From a virus, in IMG/VR virus record IMGVR_UViG_3300032291_003205, positions 1-64,000 of that record: a stretch of DNA of 64,000 nt. One strand, 5' to 3'. The notes under the pieces are model-generated. The model worked only from the letters and a program-made list of their open reading frames with translations, ran no database searches and was not told where the DNA came from. Each line of letters opens with the position of its first letter. The stretch's first letter is position 1. Shown here piece after piece: positions 30,114 through 40,263 of the stretch. The translations under genes and the position numbers were made by a program.

Positions 30114-30623
30114 ATGGCAACCAGAGGACAAATCGCTTACTTAGCAAACCCAAACACAATATTTTCAATATACAACCACTATGATTCTTACCCAGAACAT
30201 TTAGGTACAGCATTAACTACTTACTTTAATTCAGATAGTGATGCAGAAGACGTAGTAATGAATGGTGGTGATATTAGATTCATTGATGATGATGGAACTG
30301 TAGATCGTTTTGATAAAGGTGGAGCAATACAAATTAAAGGCGAAGAACCAGAAGATTTATTTAATGAGTTGTACTCACACTCCGATAGTGCTTCCGCTGA
30401 TTATGTTTATGTTTGGTTAGAAGATAAATGGATTACTCTTCCTATAAACAAAGGTAGAGAATACTTTGTAGGTACTTTACTTGATTCAATCAGAAAATCA
30501 GAACCAGCTATGGAAGCTTATCACATTGGTGGGAATAGGGAAGTAATTACTAAAGAAGACGAAGACGAAATGAATGAAATTTTTGTTCGTCAAATGAAAT
30601 ATAAAGCAGGTATTATTAAATAA
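30114..30623 (+). CDS. Conserved phage protein (MATR...Y.HYD.YP..LG family) with an MNE...MKYKAGIIK tail
   Basis: Motif recognition; ATATTTATA upstream. Confidence 0.7.
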   Translation: MATRGQIAYLANPNTIFSIYNHYDSYPEHLGTALTTYFNSDSDAEDVVMNGGDIRFIDDDGTVDRFDKGGAIQIKGEEPEDLFNELYSHSDSASADYVYVWLEDKWITLPINKGREYFVGTLLDSIRKSEPAMEAYHIGGNREVITKEDEDEMNEIFVRQMKYKAGIIK

Positions 30624-30645
30624 AAAATAAATAAAAATAAATAAA

Positions 30646-31344
30646 ATGAAAAAAGCAGATAATTTTGACGCAACAAAGTGGTTAGTAGAAAATAAAATTA
30701 CTACTCAATCTCGTTTAAATGAAGAATATTCAAATGAAAGAATAAACCAACGTGATGTAGAAATAGCAGGTGGAGAAGTTATTAATCATACCTTTGATAC
30801 TATTGATATGATTGATCTTGATAATGGATATAAAGTAAAAATAATTACAACTTATTACTTTAGAGATCCAGGAGTAAAAGGATATAGTAGTACTGCTAGT
30901 GATGAAAATCCTATGTTAAGTGGTGTAAAAACTACATTAATGGATTCTTCTGGTAAACCAATTAAAAACCATAATTTTACAGGTTCTGGTCAATGGTGGA
31001 TGCTTCAAGGAGGAAAAGAATACTTCATGCCACAAATTAAAGCATGGTGGGAAAATAAAATGGGTAAGTTAGGTTTAAGCGAATCTAAATTAAACGAAGA
31101 TTTAACAGACGAAATAGCAGCATTACCAAATCACCACACAGCAGAAGATACAGCAGAAGCAACATTAGTAGTTGGTAAATATGCTGTTGTTCGCTATGAT
31201 GAAAGCGATGAAGGAGGTGAAGACATGTATGTAGTATGGGACAATACTAGAGACCAAGAAGAAATAGGTCCATATGAAGATGAACCTGAATTCGAATCAA
31301 CAGATCCAGCTGAAGTAGCTGCTTTTTTAATGAAAAATTCATAA
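30646..31344 (+). CDS. Putative internal head protein, paralogous leader MKKADNFD...SRLNE
   Basis: N-terminal ~26 aa shared with 31361; internal SKLNE. Confidence 0.55.
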   Translation: MKKADNFDATKWLVENKITTQSRLNEEYSNERINQRDVEIAGGEVINHTFDTIDMIDLDNGYKVKIITTYYFRDPGVKGYSSTASDENPMLSGVKTTLMDSSGKPIKNHNFTGSGQWWMLQGGKEYFMPQIKAWWENKMGKLGLSESKLNEDLTDEIAALPNHHTAEDTAEATLVVGKYAVVRYDESDEGGEDMYVVWDNTRDQEEIGPYEDEPEFESTDPAEVAAFLMKNS

Positions 31345-31360
31345 TTTAGAACCATTCTAT

Positions 31361-31909
31361 ATGAAAAAAGCAGATAATTTTGACACAAAACAATGGTTGG
31401 TTGAAAATAAAATTACTTTTCAATCTCGTTTAAATGAAGATGAAGAGGAAAAAAAATATTACCTTGCAGCAAAGTCAAAGGATGGAAAAAAACATGAAGT
31501 ATTTAAAAAAAATCCAAACTATATAAAAACAACTTATGATAGTGCTTTAAAGCTTATAAACTCTTTAAAAAAACCAAAACATTATACCTACTACGTATCA
31601 GATATAGATGGTAACCCTGTTGATAAAAATGGTAACATTATTAATGAATCTCGTTTAAATGAAAATTTTGAAGAAACCCATGAATATCTTGAAATAAGTC
31701 CTGAGAATTTCCAACCAGGTGATTATTTTTTAAGAACTCCTGTATATGATAATAGTGGTGAATTTTTTGATCATAAAGAAAAAATTAAAATATTATCTAT
31801 TGATCTTCCTAAAGATGGTAGAAGCGATATATCCAAAGTTAAAACTGAAGATGGTGAAATAATGGGGTTATCTAGTACTTCATTATACGACATAGCAAGA
31901 CCATTGTAA
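31361..31909 (+). CDS. Putative internal head protein, paralogous leader MKKADNFD...SRLNE
   Basis: Shared leader; internal INESRLNE. Confidence 0.55.
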   Translation: MKKADNFDTKQWLVENKITFQSRLNEDEEEKKYYLAAKSKDGKKHEVFKKNPNYIKTTYDSALKLINSLKKPKHYTYYVSDIDGNPVDKNGNIINESRLNENFEETHEYLEISPENFQPGDYFLRTPVYDNSGEFFDHKEKIKILSIDLPKDGRSDISKVKTEDGEIMGLSSTSLYDIARPL

Positions 31910-31946
31910 GTAAAAATAATATTATTTGGAATTATTCTAAATGACG

Positions 31947-31985
31947 AAGGGAGGTGGCTTTGTCATCTCCCTTTCGTATATTGAC
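31947..31985 (+). terminator. Terminator hairpin fused with a promoter copy (GTGG-N19-TATATT)
   Basis: AAGGGAGGTGGC-ttt-GTCATCTCCCTTT then cgTATATTgac. Confidence 0.75.
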
Positions 31986-31988
31986 GAC

Positions 31989-32129
31989 ATGATGAAAGAG
32001 CAAGACAAATTTAATGGTTTATCAAAAGGTCAAGTGAAACAAATCATTAGACGTAATATGATTACTCGTGTAAAATCAAGTAAAAAAGTTTACGATCGAA
32101 AGAATTTTAAAAGAGATTTGGAATCCTAA
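31989..32129 (+). CDS. Small basic protein
   Basis: ATG 6 nt after TATATT; ...KSSKKVYDRK. Confidence 0.6.
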   Translation: MMKEQDKFNGLSKGQVKQIIRRNMITRVKSSKKVYDRKNFKRDLES

Positions 32130-32170
32130 AAGAGGGTTCGTATATTCACGGTATGGAAATAAAGGTTATG
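32118..32170 (+). promoter_or_regulatory. TTGG-N19-TATATT promoter plus leader
   Basis: tttggaatcctaaaagagggttcgtatattcacggtATGgaaataaaggttATG. Confidence 0.85.
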
Positions 32171-32440
32171 GAAAAAATAAAAATAAACACAAATTTTAAA
32201 TTCACTTTCGACACTGATGTTGATCTTAGAAGAGCCGAATTAACAGGTTACATTGAATCATATGATATGGTTCGTATTTGTGTTAAAAGATTAGACAATG
32301 GAAACCAAGTTGATTTTCCAATTAAAACCAGAGAAGATTATTTTGACACAGTTGCTAGTTTGAATGAAAGATCTAACGAGTATGATATGGTAGAAATTTA
32401 CCAAGACACTCATATGTTTGATATGTACGATTATATTTAA
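32153..32440 (+). CDS. Hypothetical protein
   Basis: ORF track. Confidence 0.7.
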   Translation: MEIKVMEKIKINTNFKFTFDTDVDLRRAELTGYIESYDMVRICVKRLDNGNQVDFPIKTREDYFDTVASLNERSNEYDMVEIYQDTHMFDMYDYI

Positions 32441-32522
32441 TAAATAAAGTTATGATAATTACAGTAATAGTAGCAGCAGCTTGGACCGGTTGGACAATTC
32501 ACTTATTAAAAAAATAAAAGTT

Positions 32523-32759
32523 ATGAAAAAAACAAATGTTATTACCCCGATGTGGCTTAAGTGCCAAGAAATCCTTAAAACTGGTGATTTGGAACTCGCT
32601 GATAACAAATTAATGGAACTAGTTTGGAAACTATCCGACTATACAATGGAAGGTTTTAAAGATGCTGATGTGATTGAAGGTGTAAAGCTCGAAACATGGA
32701 AAGAACGTGTATGGTTTGCTATTGAGAATGCTGGCTTATTACCTGAACTAAATGACTAA
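32523..32759 (+). CDS. Hypothetical protein
   Basis: ORF track; start at aaagttATG. Confidence 0.7.
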   Translation: MKKTNVITPMWLKCQEILKTGDLELADNKLMELVWKLSDYTMEGFKDADVIEGVKLETWKERVWFAIENAGLLPELND

Positions 32760-32889
32760 CGAGGAACAAGACACATTGTACACTAAGTTAATGAGTATTC
32801 TAATGCTTATGGAGAAGGATTATTACTATAAGGCTACATTAGAGTTGGAATCGTTAATAGAACATATTAAATTTGGACAAGTAAAATAA
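32752..32889 (+). CDS. Small hypothetical protein (45 aa)
   Basis: Manual translation; overlapping stop-start with the next gene. Confidence 0.55.
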   Translation: MTNEEQDTLYTKLMSILMLMEKDYYYKATLELESLIEHIKFGQVK

Positions 32890-33194
32890 TGGAAAAAAGA
32901 GGACAATTAGAAAAACTAAGATACAATTTTGACACAGCCAAAGGTGTTTTTGTTAAAATGAATGATAAAATGTATCGAGTAACAGAACGTGACTTTAGAT
33001 CATTTAATGGTGAAAGATTCATATTTGAAAAAGTAGATGGTGAGTATCAACATGTACCTTACAAAGGTCCTCTTTACTACCACAACACAAATAAAAAATG
33101 TAAAGAACCAATTGGTATAAACAAGGTTCAATACGCTCATGATTTACCTTGGACTTCAATTAGAAGACCACATGAAAACTATTTAGTTGATTAA
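32889..33194 (+). CDS. Hypothetical protein
   Basis: ORF track. Confidence 0.7.
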   Translation: MEKRGQLEKLRYNFDTAKGVFVKMNDKMYRVTERDFRSFNGERFIFEKVDGEYQHVPYKGPLYYHNTNKKCKEPIGINKVQYAHDLPWTSIRRPHENYLVD

Positions 33195-33235
33195 AACAAG
33201 AGAGATTAATATTTATAACATATAACTGTTATTAA

Positions 33236-35761
33236 ATGGCTAGTCTACTCAACAATGCTTCACTCTTATTAAATCCTGCGGGTAGTATAATTGCTTACGA
33301 GGAGGATAAAATATTTTCTGTGTTACCATCAAATGGTACCGGTGATTTTACTTTTTCAGGAGGTGATGGAGGTACTAGAGTAAATCAACAAGGGTATATT
33401 GAACAGACACCTGCTAACTTTATGCTTAACAGTGGTACTACTTGGACTCCTTTTAATGTTACAGTTACTACAGGTGTAACTGATCCTGTAGGTGGTACGG
33501 GAGCTTATACTATAGGTAGTATAGCTTCTGGAAATATTACTGATTATGGTAATAAAGGAAGTAATACTATGTCTCTTCCTGCAGGTACTGTTATTACTTT
33601 TTCAATTTCTATGAAAGGTTCAGGTACTATTGCTACTTACCTTGAAAGAGCATTAGCTGGTACTTATTGGTTTGATGTTAAAACTCATACTTTAAGCAGT
33701 GAATGGCAGGTATTTACCCACACTTATACAGTTCCTACAGATGCTAGTGGTGTTGGAGTTTATGTAGGTAATGCTACAGGAACAACCGCTACATCTGTTG
33801 ATATAGCATTTCCAATGTTAAATTATGGCTCAACAGCTAAACCATACCAACCAACAACAGACCGCTTAAATTATCCTCGTATAACTTATCAAAATGGTAG
33901 AGGTGCTTTATTACAAGAACCACAGAGAACAAATGTAACAACTAATAGCCAAACTATAAGTGCAGGTACCGGTACTACTGTTTCTTTGGATAGTGGAATA
34001 TCTCCTGATGGAACTCAAAACGCTGATAAACTTATAGAAGATACAAGTACAGGAACTCATATAACAACATTTGGAGGTTCTTTAGGTGGTTCTGTAGATT
34101 CAAGTACTTTTTGTGTTAGTATCTTTGCTAAAGCTGCTGGTAGAACACGTTTCATAATATTCGACAATAATCAGGGTGCAGGTGCTGCTATAAATGTTTT
34201 TGATTTAGGTAATGGTACAAAAATTAGTGGGAATGGAACTATTGAAAATTATGGAAACGGGTGGTATAGGTGTATTATTTTTCCATCAAAAACTGATAAT
34301 ACAACAGCTAATATACAAATTAGATTAATAAATACAGGAACAAATGATAGTTACACTGGAGATGGATCTAGCGGTATCTTTTTTTGGGGTAAACAAATCG
34401 AAGTAGGTGAATTTCCAACCTCATACATCCCAACAACATCAGCAACAGTAACTAGACCTATAGACCAATTCTTTAAAAATGATTCACCAGCTTTAAGTAC
34501 TACTAGTTGGACATTTTATATGTCTGGAGTTAATATAGGAAAAAATCAAAATTCTAGTGGGAATCCTATTGATGCTGTAAACTGGAGTTTTGATAGTGGT
34601 GCTGGTCCTTATGGGGCAAACTCAATACATAACTACAATAATACAGTGTATTATTATGATACTGTTAATGGGGCAGCATTTTTAGGGGCAATTGGTAGTA
34701 CAACTACAAAATTTGCAGTTACTAAAAACGGAACTACATTTAAATTTTTTAGAGATGGAGTTTTAACTACAACAAGTACACTTTCTTTAGCAAGTAATGT
34801 TTGGGATTCATTTAGAATGTATGGTGATGTAGATGGCCAAGGCCAAGCATTTTCAAATAACCCATCTACATTAGCTATTTTACCCTCAGCTTTATCAGAT
34901 TCAGATGCACAATCACTAACCACAGTCCGCTCAGGTTCAGGTGGTAACATCTCATACTACGGACCATACACAATCCATACATTCACAGGCTCAGCAACAT
35001 TCACTCCTTCATTTACAGGTCCTGTAGAGGTACTTGTTGTTGCTGGAGGTGGTGGAGGAGGTTCTGGTTTTAATAGATCTGCCTGTGGTGGTGGAGGTGG
35101 TGCTGGAGGTTTACTTTATGCTTCATCCTATGGTGTATCTGCTGGTACTGGAATAACTGTCACTATTGGTGCCGGTGGTGCTGGTGGACCTGCAGGTACA
35201 GGAAGCCCTACAGGAGATGGTTCTAATGGCTCTAATTCAATATTTGGAGGATTAACATCTATTGGTGGTGGTGGAGGTACTACTTATTTTGATACTAATG
35301 GTAAAAATGGAGGTTCTGGAGGTGGAGCTGGAGGTGCTGGTGGTTATACTCCAGTAGGCGGACAAGGAATACCAGGCCAAGGAAATAATGGCGGAAACCA
35401 AGTTGGTTCAGGACAAAGTACAGACACTACATCTTGTGGAGGTGGTGGAGGTGCTGGAGCTGTAGGAGCAAACGGAGTTACCTCTCAAAGAGGAGGTAAT
35501 GGTGGTATTGGTCTACCTTACTATATTTCAGGATTTTCTACTTATTATGCTGGTGGTGGTGGTGGAGGTGCTTCACAAGTAGGTGGTGGATTTGGAGGTC
35601 TTGGTGGTGGAGCCAATGGAGGTAATTTAGATAGTAATGGATCTAGTGGTGTTAATTATACAGGTGGAGGCGGAGGCGGAGCTAGTTCAGGGGTTGGAGT
35701 AGCAGCAACAGCAGGTGGTACAGGAGGTTCAGGTATAGTAATAGTACGTTATTTAACTTAA
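33236..35761 (+). CDS. Virion fibre/spike-like protein: beta-sandwich domains plus C-terminal glycine-rich domain
   Basis: GDFTFS..TRVN..GYIE, EPQRTN, YGNGWYRC, PTSYIPT, VEVLVVAGGGGGG...GSGIVIVRY. Confidence 0.8.
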   Translation: MASLLNNASLLLNPAGSIIAYEEDKIFSVLPSNGTGDFTFSGGDGGTRVNQQGYIEQTPANFMLNSGTTWTPFNVTVTTGVTDPVGGTGAYTIGSIASGNITDYGNKGSNTMSLPAGTVITFSISMKGSGTIATYLERALAGTYWFDVKTHTLSSEWQVFTHTYTVPTDASGVGVYVGNATGTTATSVDIAFPMLNYGSTAKPYQPTTDRLNYPRITYQNGRGALLQEPQRTNVTTNSQTISAGTGTTVSLDSGISPDGTQNADKLIEDTSTGTHITTFGGSLGGSVDSSTFCVSIFAKAAGRTRFIIFDNNQGAGAAINVFDLGNGTKISGNGTIENYGNGWYRCIIFPSKTDNTTANIQIRLINTGTNDSYTGDGSSGIFFWGKQIEVGEFPTSYIPTTSATVTRPIDQFFKNDSPALSTTSWTFYMSGVNIGKNQNSSGNPIDAVNWSFDSGAGPYGANSIHNYNNTVYYYDTVNGAAFLGAIGSTTTKFAVTKNGTTFKFFRDGVLTTTSTLSLASNVWDSFRMYGDVDGQGQAFSNNPSTLAILPSALSDSDAQSLTTVRSGSGGNISYYGPYTIHTFTGSATFTPSFTGPVEVLVVAGGGGGGSGFNRSACGGGGGAGGLLYASSYGVSAGTGITVTIGAGGAGGPAGTGSPTGDGSNGSNSIFGGLTSIGGGGGTTYFDTNGKNGGSGGGAGGAGGYTPVGGQGIPGQGNNGGNQVGSGQSTDTTSCGGGGGAGAVGANGVTSQRGGNGGIGLPYYISGFSTYYAGGGGGGASQVGGGFGGLGGGANGGNLDSNGSSGVNYTGGGGGGASSGVGVAATAGGTGGSGIVIVRYLT

Positions 35762-35762
35762 T

Positions 35763-35963
35763 ATGGATATAATAGAACAATATTTAGGGTTATGGGGTGT
35801 AGATGTAGCAGTTAAAAAATTACGTCCACATGCTCAATTTGAACTTTACAATACAACATTTACTAAGTGGGTTGATCCTACAGGAACACAACCTCCTACT
35901 TGGGAAGAAATAAACAAACAAATAGAAAAAGATAAAGAATTATGTCATACTTTGCACACATAA
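35763..35963 (+). CDS. Small tail-fibre-associated protein
   Basis: AVKKLRPHA...W.DP...PPTWEEI. Confidence 0.55.
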   Translation: MDIIEQYLGLWGVDVAVKKLRPHAQFELYNTTFTKWVDPTGTQPPTWEEINKQIEKDKELCHTLHT

Positions 35964-36280
35964 ACGAAAACAGTGTTGTTACTACCGTTATAGTAGCAAC
36001 TCAAGAATTTATTAATACAGGTAGTGAAGGCGATCCTGCTAGTTGGATAGAGACATCTATAGACGGTAGTTTCCGCAAACAATATGCGGGTATAGGTTAT
36101 ACCTATGATGCTGAAGCAAATGTATTTATATGTCCTCAACCTTACCCATCTTGGGTTTTAGATTCAAATTATGATTGGGTTGCTCCTGTACCTTATCCTC
36201 AAGATGGTAAGTGTTATGTGTGGGATGAGACAATTATTAACTGGGTAGAAGTACCTTGTATGCCAACTGGATCAATTTAA
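35942..36280 (+). CDS. Tail-fibre assembly-like protein, companion of Gly-rich domains
   Basis: RKQYAGIGYTYD...PQPYPSW...WVAPVPYP.DG..YVWDE. Confidence 0.65.
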   Translation: MSYFAHINENSVVTTVIVATQEFINTGSEGDPASWIETSIDGSFRKQYAGIGYTYDAEANVFICPQPYPSWVLDSNYDWVAPVPYPQDGKCYVWDETIINWVEVPCMPTGSI

Positions 36281-36281
36281 T

Positions 36282-36671
36282 ATGCATAACTACCAATATA
36301 GAAAATATATGATGAGTGATTTATCTCTATTAAATGAGATAACTCAAAGTTATACTAACCCTATTACAGAGGAAACTAGTTTTACTTACACTCAAACAGT
36401 TTATGTTATGGGTCCAATTTGTGAACAATGGGTAACAGGTAGTTCTCCTATGGGAATGCCTATTATGTCTTGTTCTTTATATTCTACAGCCTCAGCGGTA
36501 GATATTTTATGGGATCAAGAACCACTACCTAATTTTAGCTCAAGTGAGGTATGGCCTTTTCCAGGTACAGAATTAACTACATTTGGTAATGCAATGCCTA
36601 TTTACCAAAAAGACTATTGTGAGCGTTTTTATTGTCCTACAGGTTCAGGTCCAATACCTCCACCTCTTTAA
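36282..36671 (+). CDS. Hypothetical protein of the structural cluster
   Basis: ORF track. Confidence 0.65.
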   Translation: MHNYQYRKYMMSDLSLLNEITQSYTNPITEETSFTYTQTVYVMGPICEQWVTGSSPMGMPIMSCSLYSTASAVDILWDQEPLPNFSSSEVWPFPGTELTTFGNAMPIYQKDYCERFYCPTGSGPIPPPL

Positions 36672-36689
36672 TATTTATAATAAACTAAT

Positions 36690-38402
36690 ATGCCAAATCC
36701 AGTTGCTGTTAATGATCTAAGTCCTATATCTGGGAGCTTACAAACCTCTAGGATAAGTTATGCTGTAGATACAGCAGGTAAAGATTATGGTCAAGACTAC
36801 AACGGTACAACTTGGTACTCAGATATTCCACAAAATGGAAGTCAATATACAATTATTTCAGATAATTATACAGCTAACTATTATGTATCTCGTTCAAATG
36901 CCGAAGGTGCTTATGTTGAAGGTGGTTTACCAGCAGTAGATGAATATTCTGCTCCTGTGTTTTGGTTAACAGCAGGTACTTCAAGTTTAGATATTATAAC
37001 TATTGTAAATGGTTTACCTGATAGAAGAGGACAAATACCATTTAACTCTGGTTCTCAAGCATTAAATTGGGTTGCCTCAAGTAGTAATTATTTTGCTGTT
37101 GGACCTCCATATGAACAAATTGATGCTGATTCTTTAAAATTATATTTAAATGCAGGTCAAATTATTTCTTATCCAACTACAGCTTCTACTTGGTATGATA
37201 TAAGTGGATATAGTTCAAAAGGTACATTAATAAATAGTCCTGCATTTAATTCAAATGGTTGGATTGATTTTGATGGTACTGACGATTATGTTAATTTTTT
37301 CAATAATAGTCTTTTAAATATAGGTACTAGCAATTTTTCCCAAACAGTTACTTTTTTAATCAACTCAGTTACAAGTGGTCAAAGAATAACTTTTAAAAGA
37401 CTAGGAGGTTTAGGATATGGGTATTCTATGTTTATAGATGGAACCGGGGCACTTGGATTTGAAATTCTTACACCATCTACTTCTATTACTGCTTACGGTG
37501 GATACCCTTCAACAGGAAGATGGCATCAAGCAACATTTTCATTAAATAGATCAGGAAATGGTATTTTATATCTTGATGGGGTTGCAAGTACTCCTGTAAG
37601 TTTTAGTTCATTAGTTGGGTTAGATATTTCTAATAATGAGGATTTTTGTTTAGCAGCAGTAAGTCCTGCTATTGGTGGAGGTGCTTATTTAAATGGAGAT
37701 TTAGCTACAGTAGCTTCATATGCCAAACAATTATCAGCAGCAGAAGTAGCTCAAAACTACTACGGTGGTCCAATTGTAACAGGTAGTTTATTATTTGCTA
37801 TAGATGCAGGTAATTTAGTATCATACCCTAAATCAGGAACAGCAGTCTACACATTAACAGGAAGTGTTAACGGTACTTTAACAAACGGACCAACATTTAA
37901 TCCTACTTTTGATGGGTGTTGGAATTTTGATGGTACAGACGACTATATTCTACTAGGCTCAAGTATTACTCCAGGAAACGGTAACTGGACATTATCAGCA
38001 TGGGTAAGAGGATTTGGAGGAGTAGTAGGTAATACATCAGGAGGTCCTGTAGCTAGTGGTTTTGGGATATTTAGTACCGGAGGTAATTATAAAATTTTTT
38101 ATGCTAACTATGATGGCTCTTGGAATTATAATTACGGAAATACTACTTTAAATCCTAATGAGTGGTATTTTTTAACTTGGGTAAACTATACAGGAAATAC
38201 TATGAAAATGTATGTTAATGGGATAGCAGACTCATCAGTATTTAACTCTCTTACCTCTAATGGTGGGCCTGTTGATGCTGTAGGAGGAACACAAGGAACA
38301 CCTGGAGGGACATTTAATGGAAATATAGCATCAGTTCAGTGGAACATAGGTACTGCTTTTACTGATGCTCAAGTCTTACAAAACTATAACGCAACAAAAT
38401 AA
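36690..38402 (+). CDS. LamG/concanavalin A-like repeat virion protein (anchor plus 2 modules)
   Basis: Modules LDAG..SYP..G..W...FDGTDDY...QNY. Confidence 0.85.
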   Translation: MPNPVAVNDLSPISGSLQTSRISYAVDTAGKDYGQDYNGTTWYSDIPQNGSQYTIISDNYTANYYVSRSNAEGAYVEGGLPAVDEYSAPVFWLTAGTSSLDIITIVNGLPDRRGQIPFNSGSQALNWVASSSNYFAVGPPYEQIDADSLKLYLNAGQIISYPTTASTWYDISGYSSKGTLINSPAFNSNGWIDFDGTDDYVNFFNNSLLNIGTSNFSQTVTFLINSVTSGQRITFKRLGGLGYGYSMFIDGTGALGFEILTPSTSITAYGGYPSTGRWHQATFSLNRSGNGILYLDGVASTPVSFSSLVGLDISNNEDFCLAAVSPAIGGGAYLNGDLATVASYAKQLSAAEVAQNYYGGPIVTGSLLFAIDAGNLVSYPKSGTAVYTLTGSVNGTLTNGPTFNPTFDGCWNFDGTDDYILLGSSITPGNGNWTLSAWVRGFGGVVGNTSGGPVASGFGIFSTGGNYKIFYANYDGSWNYNYGNTTLNPNEWYFLTWVNYTGNTMKMYVNGIADSSVFNSLTSNGGPVDAVGGTQGTPGGTFNGNIASVQWNIGTAFTDAQVLQNYNATK

Positions 38403-39955
38403 TGAGTAGATTCGAAGGTCCACAAGGTATAATAACAAATGGTTTAGTATTAAACCTAGATGCAGGCGATCCGGATTCATACACTCGCTCACAACCTCCA
38501 TATGTTGAGGTATTAGTTGTTGCTGGTGGTGGTGGAGGTGGAACATATGCAGCCGGAGCTGGAGGCGGAGCAGGAGGTGTAATATACAACAGTGCATACC
38601 AACTAACATCAGCTGCTGCTGTTACTGTTACTGTAGGTGCTGGAGGAAATGGGGGTGTGTGGAGTGTTAGTAATTCTACCCAAGGATCTAATAGTGTATT
38701 TGGTTCATTAACTGCTGTCGGTGGAGGATATGGAGGAACAGGTTGGATTACCCAAGCTGGAGGTAATGGCGGCTCTGGTGGTGGTGGTGGAGGGTATGAT
38801 GGAAGTAACGGCACATTTACTGTTGCTGGTGGTACAGGTACAGCAGGTCAAGGATTTAACGGAGGTTTAGGTAGAGGCATTAGTGGAAACAGAGGAGCAG
38901 GAGGTGGTGGAGGTGGAGCAAGTACTCAAGGTGGAGACTCTACTACAAACTCTGGAGGTAATGGTGCTAATGGCTTAGCATTTTCAATATCAGGTACATC
39001 AACATACTATGGTGGAGGTGGAGGTGGAGGTGATTACGGTTCTGCTAATGGAGGTCAAGGCGGTTTAGGTGGTGGAGGAAACGTTAGTGGTGGCAATAGC
39101 AGTGGAATACCAGGATACCCCGGTACAGCAAACACTGGTGGTGGAGGTGGTGGTTCTAGAAGCGCTACCTCAGATAGTTGGAATGGGGGTAATGGTGGTT
39201 CAGGCATCATCATAGTACGTTACCCAGGCCTACCAGCAGCAACCGGAGGTACAATTACATATGTAAACGGATACACAATCCATACATTTACCTCTAGTGG
39301 AACATTTACTCCATTTTTATGGAATGATGTGAGTGGGAATGGAAAAAATGCTACTTTTACAAATGGTGTTCCTAGTGATAGTTATGTAAACTACATTAAA
39401 GGAGGTTATATGAGTGGTTTTTCCACTGATGATTATTGGAATGTAGGAAATACTCCTTACGGAGTAATACCAACTGGAACTTCTACTAGAACAATATTTA
39501 CTGCTTTTAGAACCCCTACCACTCTAAACTCAAACATTTATTACCATATATTTCATTACGGAACAGCTAATACTGACAATGCTTTTGGCTTAGCTATATA
39601 TGGTAATTTACTCAATAATCACACATGGGCTGGTAATTCTAATTTTTCTAATTTTACCTTAAGTGCTGATACTGATTATATAGTAGCTGTAAGATTTAAT
39701 AATAGTAATTCTCCTAGAAATAATTTCTTTATAAATGGAACTTTTGGAACTACAGGATTTGGCCAAGGCAAAACAGCAGATTATGCTATTAGTACAGGAA
39801 CTAGTAATGAACCTAGAGTTGGGATGCGTATTGATTCCCCAACAGAAGGTCTAAATAACGGTAGAGTGTATGCTCTATATATCTATAATAGTTATTTATC
39901 AGATGCTGAAATTACTCAGAATTACAATGCTTTAAGGCCAAGGATAGGAATTTAA
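38402..39955 (+). CDS. LamG-like protein with an inserted glycine-rich domain
   Basis: GLVLNLDAGDPDSY-[Gly-rich]-WNDVSGNG...QNYNALR. Confidence 0.85.
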   Translation: MSRFEGPQGIITNGLVLNLDAGDPDSYTRSQPPYVEVLVVAGGGGGGTYAAGAGGGAGGVIYNSAYQLTSAAAVTVTVGAGGNGGVWSVSNSTQGSNSVFGSLTAVGGGYGGTGWITQAGGNGGSGGGGGGYDGSNGTFTVAGGTGTAGQGFNGGLGRGISGNRGAGGGGGGASTQGGDSTTNSGGNGANGLAFSISGTSTYYGGGGGGGDYGSANGGQGGLGGGGNVSGGNSSGIPGYPGTANTGGGGGGSRSATSDSWNGGNGGSGIIIVRYPGLPAATGGTITYVNGYTIHTFTSSGTFTPFLWNDVSGNGKNATFTNGVPSDSYVNYIKGGYMSGFSTDDYWNVGNTPYGVIPTGTSTRTIFTAFRTPTTLNSNIYYHIFHYGTANTDNAFGLAIYGNLLNNHTWAGNSNFSNFTLSADTDYIVAVRFNNSNSPRNNFFINGTFGTTGFGQGKTADYAISTGTSNEPRVGMRIDSPTEGLNNGRVYALYIYNSYLSDAEITQNYNALRPRIGI

Positions 39956-39977
39956 TTAATATTTATAATAAAATAAT

Positions 39978-40259
39978 ATGACAACACAAGAAGAGTATAT
40001 TAACAGACGTTTTGTAATTTTCAACGTTACAGAACTCCCCCTTATTGACTTTAATCAAGTCTACGAAACCTCAATTGACACAGTCCGTAAATCAGTTGAT
40101 GGAACTCAAACATTTGTAAAATACGATATACCAGAACCTTCATCAGTTACTGCTTTAACTACAAAATCTATAGAATACACATATGATGAGATTTTGCAAA
40201 TTTTAGCTACACCAGAGTGGACAAACCCAGAACCATTCCCAACCGGTTCAATAGGTTAA
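39978..40259 (+). CDS. Conserved small LamG-associated phage protein
   Basis: IDFNQVYETS..TVRKSVDGTQTFVK...EW. Confidence 0.7.
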   Translation: MTTQEEYINRRFVIFNVTELPLIDFNQVYETSIDTVRKSVDGTQTFVKYDIPEPSSVTALTTKSIEYTYDEILQILATPEWTNPEPFPTGSIG

Positions 40260-40263
40260 TTGA

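Noticed and set aside
35030-39200. GGT/GGA simple repeats
   Set aside because: Explained by poly-glycine coding in the Gly-rich domains.
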